NCBI GenBank assembly: GCA_963692865.2
Contig: OY843592.1
Location: 3,776,001-3,840,000, forward strand
DNA from: a bacterium
Lineage (GTDB): Bacteria > UBA8248
Length of the DNA stretch: 64,000 nucleotides
Direction of reading: 5' to 3'
The position numbers were made by a program, and so were the translations under genes. Shown in pieces: positions 38,629 to 48,815 of this stretch (its first letter is position 1; the number at the start of each line of letters is the position of its first letter). Under the pieces are notes generated by a model, which worked only from the letters and a program-made list of their open reading frames with translations, was not told the origin of the DNA and ran no database searches.

Positions 38629-39285
38629 ATGAAACGCATCATCGTCGCAGGCCTCGTGATCGTATTCGCAACCGGAGCCTTTGGCCATACTCCATCGGCG
38701 TCGGGAGCCGACATCAAGCCCGTATCGGCCGCGCTCGCTCCGATGCCGAAGCCCACATTGCCCCTCGGGACCGTATTAACTTGGAGCACAGGGCGAGTCG
38801 ACTACTCCCAGACGCTCGTGGCGTCCGATGAAACCACGGTTACTTTCAAGTCAAATCTAGGCTGTATTTTCACCATAGATAGCCATGCAGATTTCATAGG
38901 AGCTCCAGTGCGAGCCCTGAAGTGGACGAATTGCAGGCGAAGCAGCGGAACCGGCTCCATCAAAGTGATCTAGGGTGAAATCTGGCCCCTGAAAGTCGGC
39001 AAGAAGTGGCGCTACGAAACAAAGGGGTCAAATGACGCGGGCAGAAACGCGGGCAGAAGTTGGAGCAATAAAATGGATTGTGAAGTCAAGGAGCAGGTTC
39101 GAGTCAGCGTGCCAGCGGGCAGTTTCGATACCTATCATATTTTCTGCGAGACTGAGTACGTCAAAAGGGACATGTTCATTTCTCCCGTTCTCAAGACGAG
39201 CGTGTTTTATCAGTGGGAGCACAAGACCAGAATGAGAGATTTCTCGGGAGAGTTGATAAGCTATAAATCGGGAAAAGCCAAATAA
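38629..39285 (+). pseudogene. Secreted hypothetical protein interrupted by an in-frame TAG
   Basis: AAGGAG RBS, signal peptide MKRIIVAGLVIVFATGAFG; TAG at 38971-38973; same frame continues GEIWPLKVGKKW...VSVPAGSFDTY to TAA at 39285. Confidence 0.7.
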
Positions 39286-39388
39286 AGGCTTCGCGACAGG
39301 GTTCGACAAGAAGGCGTGACGCCCTCGCAGGGAAAACCTTCGCGTTCACCCCGCCCACGCATGGCGCCCGAGTCCGGGCCCGCCGTTC

Positions 39389-39493
39389 GGCCGGACGCTG
39401 CGCCACGTCTTCTAGCCGCATGACGGGACGTTTGCGTCCGCTCCTGACGCGAAAGCGACCGGGGGGGGGGCGCTTCGGCCCCCCGGTTTTTTT
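39389..39493 (+). other. Orphan porin 3' end (..GRTLRHVF*) plus duplicate double-hairpin terminator
   Basis: GGCCGGACGCTGCGCCACGTCTTCTAGCCGCATGA matches porin A end GGCTGGACGATTCGCCACATCTTCTAGCCGCATGA; terminator at 39458-39493. Confidence 0.8.
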
Positions 39494-39521
39494 GTGCGTG
39501 GATCGTGTGCGGGGTTGGTTT

Positions 39522-39660
39522 CCGTAGGGGCCGCATAGTATGCGGCCCGTTGCCGGAGGGGCGAAAAAAGGCCGGGTCGCATGATATGCGGCCCCTACAC
39601 ACCCTCCGGCAAGGTGGTATCCCGTCGCCCCCATACCGGCATTTCAGGCTTTTTCATCAA
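39522..39660. repeat. REP doublet plus module shared with ~59390
   Basis: GTAGGGGCCGCATAGTATGCGGCCC ... GGGTCGCATGATATGCGGCCCCTAC; CTCCGGCAAGGTGGTATCCCGTCGCCCCCATACCGGCATT. Confidence 0.85.
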
Positions 39661-39671
39661 TCTTTTACCCC

Positions 39672-42017
39672 CTACTCCCCCGCTTGCTCTCCCCTTCCAC
39701 GCCTCCCCTTCATCAGAAACGCGCCCAGGGCGGGCAGGAGCGCGATGGCGCCCACCATGTTGACCAGGAACATGAACGAGAGCACCGTGCCCATGTCGGC
39801 CTGGAGCTTGAGGGGCGCGAATATCCAGGTCGCCACCCCCACCGACAGCGTGAGGCCGGTGAGCACCACGCCCGCGCCCGTGGTGGCGAGCGCGCGCTCG
39901 TAGGCGGCGGCGAAATCGAGCCCCTCCCGCATGTGGGCGAGGAGCCGCCCGCAGATGTAGATCCCGTAATCCACGCCGATGCCGACGCCCAGGGCCACCA
40001 CCGGCAGGGTCGATACCTTGAGGCCGATCTCCAGAAACGACATCAGCGCGTAGGCGAGGAGCGAGACCAGGGCCAGGGGCGCGACGATGCAGACGGTCGC
40101 CGCCGGCGAGCGGAAAGAGAGCAGGCAGAGCAGAACGACCGCCGCGTAGACGTAGCCCAGAATCGGGAACTGCGACGCTTCTATCTCCTCGTTCGTCGCC
40201 GCCATCACCCCGACGTTTCCGGCCGCGAGGCGGAAGGCGGCCCGCCCGTCATTCTCCGCCCGGTTGAACGCCTTGACGGCGGAGACGACCCGCCGGATGG
40301 TCTGCGCCTTGTGGTCGGCGGTGTAAATGAGCACCGGCATCGCCGAGCAGTCGCCGTTCAGGAGGCCCGTGCTCGTCGGCACGAGGGAGACGGATTCCGC
40401 GAGCGCGTGGCGGTTGCGCGGGAGCGCGCGCCACTTGAGGCTGCCCTCGTTCCAGCCCGCGTTCAGCTTGCGGACGATGCCCGGCAGCGCGACCACCGAG
40501 CGCACGCCCGCCACGTTCCTCATGCGCCACTCGAACTCGTCTATCAGGCGCATCACGCGGTAATCCACGCAGCCCTGCGGTATGGTCTCCACGATCACCG
40601 TCAGCACGTCCACGCCGATGTTGAAGCGCTCGACGATGGCGGCGGTATCGCGGTTGTAGGCGGCATTCGCGCGCAACTCCGGCACCCCCTGGTGCTGGTC
40701 GCCCACGCGAACCTCGGGCGCGTAACGAACGCCCAGGATCAACAACGAGGCGGAGACGGCTATCGTAACGATTGCGGGACGCGGCCTGGCGAGGCGCGCG
40801 GCGCGGCGCCAGAAACCCGCCAACATCCGCGAGGAGCCTGCGCCCTCTCTTTCCCCTTCCGCCTTGAGATAGGAGAGGGCCACCGGCAGCAATCCCAGGT
40901 TCGTGAGGATGATCGCCGCCACGCCCAGGCTGGCGGTTACGGCGATCTCCTGAATGACGCGAACGGGAATGAGCGCGATGGCCACGAACCCGATGGCGTC
41001 GGACGCCAGCGCGACCGCGCCCGGCAGCAGCAGGCGGCGGAAACTCGCCCGCGCGGCGGGTACGCCGCCGCCCCCTTCGGCCTGAACCGCGTTCACCATC
41101 TGCACCCCGTGGCTGACCCCGATGGCGAAGACCAGAAACGGCACCAGGATCGACATCGGGTCGACGCCGAAGCCGAGACCCGCGAGCGCGCCGAGTTGCC
41201 ATACCACCGCGACGAGGGAGCACGCGAGCGGCATCGCCGTGAGGCGGGCCGAGCGGGTGTAGGCGTAGACGAAAAGAGCGGTGATCACGACGGCGATGCC
41301 GAAGAAGAGCAGCACCTGGGCCGCGCCGTCGGCAATCTCGCCCACGACCTTGGCGAACCCGATGATGTGGACTTTCGCGACGCCGCCCGCCTCCGCGTCG
41401 CGGCGGATGGCCTCGAGCGCCCGCGCGACTTCCAGGTAGTCGAGCCGCTCGCCGGTGTCGGGGTGGAACTCCTGGAGCCTCGCGCTCACCAGCGCGCCGG
41501 AGAAATCGTTCGCCACGAGCCGCCCCACGATCCCCGCCTTGATGATGTTCTCGCGCACCCGCGCAAGGCCGGCCTTCGTCGGCTTGAAGTCCGCGGGCAG
41601 CACGTTGCCCGCGACGATGCCGTCCTCGACCACCTCGTTGTAGCGCACGTTCGGCGTCACCACGGAATAGACCTGGGCGCGGTCCACGCCCGGCAGGAAG
41701 AAAACGGCGTCGTTCACCTTCTGGAGCAGGGCGAAGAATTCCGGGCTGAAGATGTCGCCCTCCTTCGCCACGAGCGCCACCGCCACCCGGTCCGCGCCCC
41801 CGAACGCGGCGCGGTGCTTGATGAAGGTGCGCATGTAGGGGTGTTCGAGCGGGACCAGCTTGGTGAAGCCCGCATCGACGCGAAGCCCAGCGGCCAGCCA
41901 GGCCATCGCCAGCGTGACGATGAGAAACGCCGCGAGCACCCGCTTCCGGCGCGAGAACAGCGCGCGCTCGATCCGGGCGGCGACCGAAGACGTTTCGGGA
42001 GAGGAGGCGTCCGTCAT
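39672..42017 (-). CDS. MMPL/RND-family transporter
   Basis: Two-repeat RND topology; FAIGVSHGVQ and GVGIGVDYGIY motifs. Confidence 0.88.
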   Translation of the reverse strand: MTDASSPETSSVAARIERALFSRRKRVLAAFLIVTLAMAWLAAGLRVDAGFTKLVPLEHPYMRTFIKHRAAFGGADRVAVALVAKEGDIFSPEFFALLQKVNDAVFFLPGVDRAQVYSVVTPNVRYNEVVEDGIVAGNVLPADFKPTKAGLARVRENIIKAGIVGRLVANDFSGALVSARLQEFHPDTGERLDYLEVARALEAIRRDAEAGGVAKVHIIGFAKVVGEIADGAAQVLLFFGIAVVITALFVYAYTRSARLTAMPLACSLVAVVWQLGALAGLGFGVDPMSILVPFLVFAIGVSHGVQMVNAVQAEGGGGVPAARASFRRLLLPGAVALASDAIGFVAIALIPVRVIQEIAVTASLGVAAIILTNLGLLPVALSYLKAEGEREGAGSSRMLAGFWRRAARLARPRPAIVTIAVSASLLILGVRYAPEVRVGDQHQGVPELRANAAYNRDTAAIVERFNIGVDVLTVIVETIPQGCVDYRVMRLIDEFEWRMRNVAGVRSVVALPGIVRKLNAGWNEGSLKWRALPRNRHALAESVSLVPTSTGLLNGDCSAMPVLIYTADHKAQTIRRVVSAVKAFNRAENDGRAAFRLAAGNVGVMAATNEEIEASQFPILGYVYAAVVLLCLLSFRSPAATVCIVAPLALVSLLAYALMSFLEIGLKVSTLPVVALGVGIGVDYGIYICGRLLAHMREGLDFAAAYERALATTGAGVVLTGLTLSVGVATWIFAPLKLQADMGTVLSFMFLVNMVGAIALLPALGAFLMKGRRGRGEQAGE

Positions 42018-42027
42018 GTGGAAGAGT

Positions 42028-43002
42028 CTATTCCGCCCCGGGCAGGCGTTTGGCGCCGAACTCGCCGATCAGGAGCACCCGCCCATCGGGCAGGGCAAGC
42101 GCTTTCGAGATTCCCAAGCGCGACGTCAGCGGCTTGAAGGCCGCGTCGCGCGATACGCTGCGCCCGCCGTCGCGGCTCACCAGCAGGGCGCCTTCGAGGC
42201 CCGTGACGAGCATCAGACCCGGCTTCACGAGGAGCGCTCCCGTGAGGGTCGCCTTCGTCCGCGTGCGGACCCGGCTCCAGCTTTCACCCCCGTCGTCGGT
42301 GCGGTACATGCTGCCTCTCAAGCCGAACAGCAGCAATCGCTCCGCATCCAACGCGAGCGCGGAGAACCACGAACCCGCGTAGGGCGAGGGGAGCTTGCGC
42401 CAGTTGGCGCCGCCGTCGTCGCTTCGGTAGATCGCGCCCGCTTCCCCGGCGATGAACAACCGCCCGCCTCCCGCGGGTACGATGGCGTTCAGGTGGAAAT
42501 CGTCCCTGTCGATGGTTCGCGGCTTCCAGGTGCGCCCGCCGTCGGTGGTGCTCAGAAAATAGCCGTACGCCCCCACCGCGAAGCCGGCTCGTTCGTCGCG
42601 GAACCAGACGTCGAGCAGGGGGCGCTCTTCTTTCGGCGCGTAATGGGCGATGCGCCAGGTCGCGCCGCCGTCCCCGGTGCGCAGGATGAGCGCGTCGTGC
42701 CCGACCGCCCAGCCGAGGCGCGCATCGTGCATGTGCACGGCGGTCAGCAGGGCGCGTACCGGCACGCGGGCCTGCCTCCACCTCGAGCCGCCGTCGTCCG
42801 AGACCAGCGCGTGGCCGCGCTCGCCGACCACCACCAGCCGCGAACCGGCGGAGGCTCCGTCGAGAAGCAGGGAATGGGGCGCGAGCCGCGCCTGAACGGC
42901 CGGTTGGGCGCCAGCCGCCGCGAGGGGCAGCAGAAAGAAGACGAGGGCGGGCAGCAGACGCCGCCGCAACCTTCCCGAAACCCCGGAGACCTCCGCCGTC
43001 AT
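42028..43002 (-). CDS. YCF48-like BNR/Asp-box repeat beta-propeller protein
   Basis: Repeated S/T-x-D-G-G-x-x-W Asp boxes; VVGERG, WAVGHD. Confidence 0.88.
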   Translation of the reverse strand: MTAEVSGVSGRLRRRLLPALVFFLLPLAAAGAQPAVQARLAPHSLLLDGASAGSRLVVVGERGHALVSDDGGSRWRQARVPVRALLTAVHMHDARLGWAVGHDALILRTGDGGATWRIAHYAPKEERPLLDVWFRDERAGFAVGAYGYFLSTTDGGRTWKPRTIDRDDFHLNAIVPAGGGRLFIAGEAGAIYRSDDGGANWRKLPSPYAGSWFSALALDAERLLLFGLRGSMYRTDDGGESWSRVRTRTKATLTGALLVKPGLMLVTGLEGALLVSRDGGRSVSRDAAFKPLTSRLGISKALALPDGRVLLIGEFGAKRLPGAE

Positions 43003-44357
43003 CTCCTGCCCATGCGGCGCAGCATCGCAGGCGTGAAATCCCTCTCCGTGAGATCCGGGTCGAAGGTGCCGATGGGGAACTCGTTCTTGAGGCCCAGGGC
43101 GAGGTAGCGCCCCGCCTGAAGGTCGGTGTGCACCTCGAGGGTCAAGGACAACAAGGGTTCCTCGTAATAGTTGATGACGTGGCCCTCGGACACCCGCCAG
43201 AGCTGATCCCGGTTGTCGTAGATGTCGGCGAGCAGAACCGTCCAGGAATCCTCATCCACGTAGAACCGCCGTTTCTTGTAGAGGTGGCGCGCCCCTTCCT
43301 TGAGCGTCGCCTCGACCACCCAGACCCGGTGCAGTTCGTAGCGCAGATATTTCGGGTTGACGTGCAGGGGCTTGAGAACGTCGGCGAAGGCGATCTTGTC
43401 GCTGTGGAGCTTGTAGCTGTTGTAGGGCACGTACATCTCCCGCTTGCCGATCAGCTTCCAGTCGTAGCGGTCGATGGCCCCGTTGTACATGTCGAACTGG
43501 TCGCTCGTCCGCAGCCCGTCCGACGCGGTGCCCGGGTTGTCGTAGGCGACGTTCGGCGCGCGCCGCACCCGGCGCTGGCCGGGGTTGTACACCCAGACGT
43601 GGCGCGGTTCGGCGACCTGGTTGAGCGTCTCGTAGGCCAGCAGGATTCTGCCCGCGAGCCGCGCGGGCGCCGCCACCTTCTGGAGGAAGAGAATCGCCTT
43701 GTTCGCCAGTTTCGCCTCCGTCATGCCCGGCTGCGAATAGCGTATGAGGAACGCATCCTCGAGCCGGACGAGCGTGTAGTCGCCGCTCCGGGTCACGGCG
43801 GCCTGGCCGATGACGCGCGAGGAGGCCTTCCCCCGGTAGCGCAGCAGGTGATTCCAGATCACGTGCGCGCCGTTTTTGGGAATCGGGAACGGTATGCCGA
43901 TCACCGCGCCCGTGACGCCGTTGCCGCCCTCGGCGAGCTTCGCGGTGGCGGCGACGCGGCGGGTGGCGTCGTAGATACGCTGCGGGGCGGAGGCGCTGCG
44001 CCGGGTCGGATAGACCGGAAGCCGGAGCGTGGGGTAGGTCTCCACCATCTTCTGGAGCCCGGCCGAGAGCTTCGCGCGATGTTTGTCGAGGTTGGCGCGG
44101 GTGATGGTGAAAAGGGGCTTGTCGTCCGGATAGGGGTCGGGATGGTGGTCGCCGACCTTGTAGCCGGCCGGCGGGGTCGTGATGCCGCCCTTCCACTCGG
44201 GGATGGTCCCGGCGGCGTTGCCCGCCCGTTCCGCGCCGAGGGGGGTGAGGTCCTTGCCGAGCCGTGCGATTTCATCGGCGGAAACCGCGGCGGAGGCGCT
44301 GGTCGCGACGAAGGTGAAAAGCATCGCGACGCTGATTCTCGATATGATGGTTTTCAT
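42999..44357 (-). CDS. DUF1329 family exported protein
   Basis: Signal peptide; LTPLGAERAGNA.GTIPEW.GG, GIPFPIP, YNPGQRRVRRAP, RYELHRVWVVEA, YVDEDSW. Confidence 0.88.
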   Translation of the reverse strand: MKTIISRISVAMLFTFVATSASAAVSADEIARLGKDLTPLGAERAGNAAGTIPEWKGGITTPPAGYKVGDHHPDPYPDDKPLFTITRANLDKHRAKLSAGLQKMVETYPTLRLPVYPTRRSASAPQRIYDATRRVAATAKLAEGGNGVTGAVIGIPFPIPKNGAHVIWNHLLRYRGKASSRVIGQAAVTRSGDYTLVRLEDAFLIRYSQPGMTEAKLANKAILFLQKVAAPARLAGRILLAYETLNQVAEPRHVWVYNPGQRRVRRAPNVAYDNPGTASDGLRTSDQFDMYNGAIDRYDWKLIGKREMYVPYNSYKLHSDKIAFADVLKPLHVNPKYLRYELHRVWVVEATLKEGARHLYKKRRFYVDEDSWTVLLADIYDNRDQLWRVSEGHVINYYEEPLLSLTLEVHTDLQAGRYLALGLKNEFPIGTFDPDLTERDFTPAMLRRMGRR

Positions 44358-44386
44358 GGCGGTTACCCCATTTTCATCGCTGTTGG

Positions 44387-46618
44387 TCAGAACAGGTATT
44401 TGACGGTGGCGGAAACGAAGTCGCGATCGCTCACCCGGTTGTGCTTTCCGGCGCCGCCGAACATGGTGAAGCTCATGTCGAAATGCCAGCGGTTGAGATA
44501 GATCGCGCCCAGCCCGAGGGTCAGTGCGACGCGGTTTTCCACGAAAGGCCCGCCCGGGCCGGGGCTGGTGCCCTTCACGTCGTGCTGAAGCGAGATGCGC
44601 GGCGAGAGGTTCACCGCGCCGATGGCGTTGAGATACGACAGGCGCGCCGCCAGCCGGTAGCCGTAGGAGGTGGCGCTCGCGAACCGATCCAGAGGCTCCG
44701 CCGGGAGATCCTTGTGCGCGCCCGCCGGCCTGGAGGCGTCCGCCGGCATGGAATGATAGGGGTCGCCGCTGGTCTCCGTGCCCGGCCCCTCCAGGCGCAG
44801 CACGCTTCTGTCCGGCATGTCGTGCACGTACATGAGGGCGGCTTCCGCGACGAACGCCAGGCTGTTCGCCCCCAGGGTGGGGCCGAAAACCTTGGTGGCC
44901 GTGGCCTGAATCTGGCTCACGTCGCGCTCGATGTAGCCTTTGACGTACTCCTCGTAGCCGAGACCAGAGGGCGCAACCTGGTTCCGGCAGTAGGCGAAAG
45001 GACTCGAGGGCGCGCAGGGCGGTCCACCCGGATCGCTCGGCGCGGCGGTGAGCGGCGTCATGGCGGCGAAGAAGAGTTCGTTGTCGTCGATCTGCAGGGG
45101 CGCGTCCATGCGGTGGGAGAGTTCTCCCTGCAGCGCCCAGCCCGACGCCCCGAGTTGCGTGTTGAAGCTCACGCCGAGGAGCTGGATGTCCTCGGGGTAT
45201 TCGGCGAAGTAGCCCGCCGTCTTCGCGTAACGATCGACGGCCAGGAGGCCGGCCATGCTGCCCACGGTGCCGGCCACCCGTTTGGCGACCTCTTGTCTGA
45301 TCGCCGCCTGAATGACCGCCGGCGGCGTGCCTGGCGGAAACTTGGCGGTGACCGCCTTGGCGACCGCCGGGGTGATGGCCTGCGCAAACGCCCCTGGAGT
45401 TACGGAACCCGTGGCTACCGCTCCCAATGCAAAGAGGCCGTCTGTCACCCCCTGCGCCGTGCCGGTGCGTCCGCTCACGACGGGCAGACGGCTGTGGTAA
45501 TTCACGAAATAAAAGCCGAATTCGGTGTTGCCCAAGCCCTCGGCGAGGTAGCGCAGCGCGACGCCCCACTGGCCGGAATCTTCGGGTTCGTCGTCCCCCC
45601 TGCGGAATACGTTCAGGAAATGGGGGTCGAAGACCGGCTGCGCCCTCTGCGGCAGGGGCATGAGGGTCCCCGGCGCGGCGGGGCTGGGGATGTGGAAGCC
45701 CTGAAGATCCGCGTTGATCGCCTGCGTGAGGCCGCGCCCGAACACTTCATAACTGAACCCGGTGTCGGGGAAGGCGCCGAAGCCGAGCACGACTCTCTTC
45801 CCGCCCGCGCCGACGAAGTCGCTCGTCGAGAAGTAGCTGCCCGGCGGATCGATCTCGGTCTTCTCCCACTTCACCTGATAGAAACCCTCCACGGAGAGGT
45901 TCTCGTTCAGTGAGGCCGAGGCGGAGACCATCGGAACCGGCACCAGCCCGTCGCGCAACTCCGCGCCCGGCGTCCTGAGCCTGTTCACGTCGAAGGGGTT
46001 GATGACGTTGATGCTGTTCTGGATGAACGTGCTCTCGCCCCAGCTGATGACGTGATTGCCGAGGCGAAGATCCACCGGCACGCCGCCCAGGTCGAACGAG
46101 CCGGTGAGGTAGGCGTCGAGGACGTCGAAATCCTTCCCGACCCGATCTTTCGCCATGGGCGAGAGGGGGTTGCGCGCCCGCTCGCCGTTTTCGTTCTCGA
46201 AGTCGAAAAAGCCGTTCACGCGGAAGAAGGCGCCGAAATTGCGGTAGTTGAGGTCGAGCTCGCCGGTGAACTTCGACGCGTTGCTCACGACGCCGCGATC
46301 GAAGTTGAGGTTGCCGTCGTCGCCGTTGACGGAGTTCGCGGAGCCGAGGCCTTCGGCCTTGCCGATCAGGCGCTCGTCGCGGTCCCCGATGCGGAAGGTG
46401 ACGCCGTGGGAAAGCGTGATGTCGAGGCTGCCCTCGAGTTCACCCTGCCGGAAATCCTCCGCGCCCGCGGGCGCAACGCACATGAGGAAGGCCGCGGCCA
46501 GCCCGCAGGCCGCAAGGCGAAGCGGGCGAGAGGCGAGTCTCAAGACGGCGCCGGGTGAGAGACGGTCCGTCGGCAGCCCGGCGCGGGCGCGATGGGAAGT
46601 GGAATAGGCTGGGATCAT
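44387..46618 (-). CDS. DUF1302 family outer-membrane protein
   Basis: NGDDGNLNF, SWGESTFIQ, EGFYQ..WEKT, YHSRLP, EYPEDI, DRDFV...YLF; start uncertain. Confidence 0.85.
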   Translation of the reverse strand: MIPAYSTSHRARAGLPTDRLSPGAVLRLASRPLRLAACGLAAAFLMCVAPAGAEDFRQGELEGSLDITLSHGVTFRIGDRDERLIGKAEGLGSANSVNGDDGNLNFDRGVVSNASKFTGELDLNYRNFGAFFRVNGFFDFENENGERARNPLSPMAKDRVGKDFDVLDAYLTGSFDLGGVPVDLRLGNHVISWGESTFIQNSINVINPFDVNRLRTPGAELRDGLVPVPMVSASASLNENLSVEGFYQVKWEKTEIDPPGSYFSTSDFVGAGGKRVVLGFGAFPDTGFSYEVFGRGLTQAINADLQGFHIPSPAAPGTLMPLPQRAQPVFDPHFLNVFRRGDDEPEDSGQWGVALRYLAEGLGNTEFGFYFVNYHSRLPVVSGRTGTAQGVTDGLFALGAVATGSVTPGAFAQAITPAVAKAVTAKFPPGTPPAVIQAAIRQEVAKRVAGTVGSMAGLLAVDRYAKTAGYFAEYPEDIQLLGVSFNTQLGASGWALQGELSHRMDAPLQIDDNELFFAAMTPLTAAPSDPGGPPCAPSSPFAYCRNQVAPSGLGYEEYVKGYIERDVSQIQATATKVFGPTLGANSLAFVAEAALMYVHDMPDRSVLRLEGPGTETSGDPYHSMPADASRPAGAHKDLPAEPLDRFASATSYGYRLAARLSYLNAIGAVNLSPRISLQHDVKGTSPGPGGPFVENRVALTLGLGAIYLNRWHFDMSFTMFGGAGKHNRVSDRDFVSATVKYLF

Positions 46619-46829
46619 GCCGGTAGGTCCCCCCGTTTCGACAGGATGATTTTGTGGACGCGTATTCGTTCAAGATATATGGAACGTCTTGAGCGAGTCA
46701 AGGGAAAACGAACGCACCGGAAAGCGGCGTCTTGCGGGTGAAGACAAACGCGCAAGCGCCGGGACCGGTCGTCACGCCGGCGCGGGAAGTTCAGGGCTTT
46801 CTCTGGGAATGCCCGCCGGAGGAGCGTCG

Positions 46830-47903
46830 TCAGCGGACGCGCTTTCCGTCGGGCTCGAAGAGATAGACGTGCGCCGGATCGAACGTGACGTTGAGGCGGT
46901 CGCCCGCATGGAAGCGATCGCTCGCCTCGATGATCGCGATGGTCGGGCGCTCGGCGCCGTGTTCGAAGTAGAGCAGCGTGTCCTTGCCGAGCGGCTCGAC
47001 GAGCTGGACGGCGCACGAGAAAGCGGCTTCCTGGCTCCCCACCACCACGTGCTCGGGACGCACGCCCAAGGTGTAGTCCCCCGAAGATACGCCCGCGTAG
47101 GCGTCGGGGAGCTTGAACTCGATGCCGGCGCCCGCGAAGGCGGCGGCGCCGTTCGAGCCCTCCACCGCCCCCGGGATGAGGTTCATGGAGGGGCTGCCGA
47201 AGAAATCGGCCACGAAGTAGCTGACCGGGTCGTTGTAGATTTCGAGCGGGGTGCCCACCTGCTCGATGACGCCGTCGCGCATCACCACGATGCGGTCGGC
47301 CAGCGTCATGGCCTCTTCCTGATCGTGCGTGACGTAGACGAACGTCTTCTTGAGCTCCTCGTGGAGCCTGTCGATCTCGGCGCGCATCTCGCGGCGGAGC
47401 TTGGCGTCCAGGCTGGAGAGCGGCTCGTCCAGCAGAAAAGCGGCGGGGTCGGTGATGAGGGTGCGGGCCAGCGCGGCGCGCTGCGCCTCGCCGCCCGAGC
47501 ATTCGACGGGCAGCTTCTGAAGGAGGTGCGTGATGCGCACCATGTCGGCCACCTCGCGCACTTTCTGTTTGCGCGTCTCGGGCGGCACCTTCTTCATGCG
47601 CGGGCCGAACTCGATGTTCTCGGCTATCGTCTTGTGCGGGAACAGGGCGTGCGTCTGGAAGACCATGCCGACGCCGCGGTCGCCGGGGTCCACGTCGTTC
47701 ACGAGGCGTCCGTCGATGGTGATCTCGCCCGCGGTGGGCTCCTCGAAACCCGCGACCATGCGCAGCGTGGTCGTCTTCCCGCATCCCGAGGGTCCGACGA
47801 TGACGACGAACTCGCCTTCCTCGATGGTGAAGTCGAGGTTCTTCACGGCCTCGATGTTCCTGCCGAATACCTTGCGTAAACCCTTGAGTTCGATTCTCGC
47901 CAT
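46830..47903 (-). CDS. ABC transporter ATP-binding protein (MalK/UgpC-like)
   Basis: GPSGCGKTT, CSGGEAQR, LLDEPLS, YVTHDQEEAM, C-terminal TOBE-like region. Confidence 0.94.
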   Translation of the reverse strand: MARIELKGLRKVFGRNIEAVKNLDFTIEEGEFVVIVGPSGCGKTTTLRMVAGFEEPTAGEITIDGRLVNDVDPGDRGVGMVFQTHALFPHKTIAENIEFGPRMKKVPPETRKQKVREVADMVRITHLLQKLPVECSGGEAQRAALARTLITDPAAFLLDEPLSSLDAKLRREMRAEIDRLHEELKKTFVYVTHDQEEAMTLADRIVVMRDGVIEQVGTPLEIYNDPVSYFVADFFGSPSMNLIPGAVEGSNGAAAFAGAGIEFKLPDAYAGVSSGDYTLGVRPEHVVVGSQEAAFSCAVQLVEPLGKDTLLYFEHGAERPTIAIIEASDRFHAGDRLNVTFDPAHVYLFEPDGKRVR

Positions 47904-47910
47904 TGTCCTT

Positions 47911-48813
47911 TTACCTCTTCACCATTCCGAATGTGAAACCTCGCACCAGGTGTTTTCGAATGAAAATGCCGATGACCATGAGCGGCAGGGTGATTCCCAC
48001 CGCCAGGGCGGCCTGATGGCCGTAGACGCGGCCCTCGTCGGAGCCTTCGTATTTCGCCAGCTGGACGGGCAGCGTCACCACGTCCACCTTCGACAGCATG
48101 AGGGAGAGCAGATATTCGCTCCACGTCAGGATGAGGATGAACAGGAACGTCGCCACGATGCCTGAGCGGATGAGCGGGAATACCACCTCGCGGATCGCCT
48201 GCCACTTGGTGGCGCCGAGAATTTCGGCGGCCTGTTCGATCTCAACGGGAACCTCGTCCACGAAGCTCTTCGTCATCCAGACGGAATACGGCAATGTAGT
48301 GATGAAATAGACGATAATCAGCCCCAGCGCCGTGTCCATCAGATGGATCGCCGAGTAGTAGAGCGTCAGCGGCGCCGCCACCACGATGGGCGGAATCATC
48401 CTGAGCACAAGGAGCTGGAACATCCGTATCTCCGATAATATCCGGTATCGCGAGACCCCGTAGGCCAGAATCGCGCCGAAGGCGACCGAGAGCGCGGTGG
48501 CGGTGATGGCGATGTAGAGGCTGTTCCATAGCGCCTGCCAGGGCTTGTTGGCCGAGTGCGACTCGTAGCGGGCTGTCTGCGATTTCTCCTCGAGGGTCGT
48601 TCGAGGACTCTGCTCCCTGCCCCACACGGCCTGGTAGTTGACCCAGGAGGCCTCATTCGACCAGTAGACCGGCGGCCAGGCGTGCCACTCCCAGTCGGGC
48701 TTGAACGAGGTGGAGACGATCCAGAAAATCGGGAACGCCACGATCACCGACCATATGAACAACATGGCGTAGCGGAAGATGGTGAACAGGCGCGCCTTCG
48801 TGACTCGGTTCAT
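47911..48813 (-). CDS. Carbohydrate ABC transporter permease (MalG-like)
   Basis: EAA loop EIEQAAEILGA; multiple TM helices. Confidence 0.92.
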   Translation of the reverse strand: MNRVTKARLFTIFRYAMLFIWSVIVAFPIFWIVSTSFKPDWEWHAWPPVYWSNEASWVNYQAVWGREQSPRTTLEEKSQTARYESHSANKPWQALWNSLYIAITATALSVAFGAILAYGVSRYRILSEIRMFQLLVLRMIPPIVVAAPLTLYYSAIHLMDTALGLIIVYFITTLPYSVWMTKSFVDEVPVEIEQAAEILGATKWQAIREVVFPLIRSGIVATFLFILILTWSEYLLSLMLSKVDVVTLPVQLAKYEGSDEGRVYGHQAALAVGITLPLMVIGIFIRKHLVRGFTFGMVKR

Positions 48814-48815
48814 GT

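Noticed and set aside
38971-38973. Pyrrolysine or genome-wide stop recoding
   Set aside because: TAG is used as a normal stop by many genes here (e.g. both porins, tatC) and no pyl genes are visible.
44358-45569. N-terminal extension of the DUF1329 ORF (856 aa)
   Set aside because: Off-frame overlap with DUF1302; the signal peptide begins at 44357.
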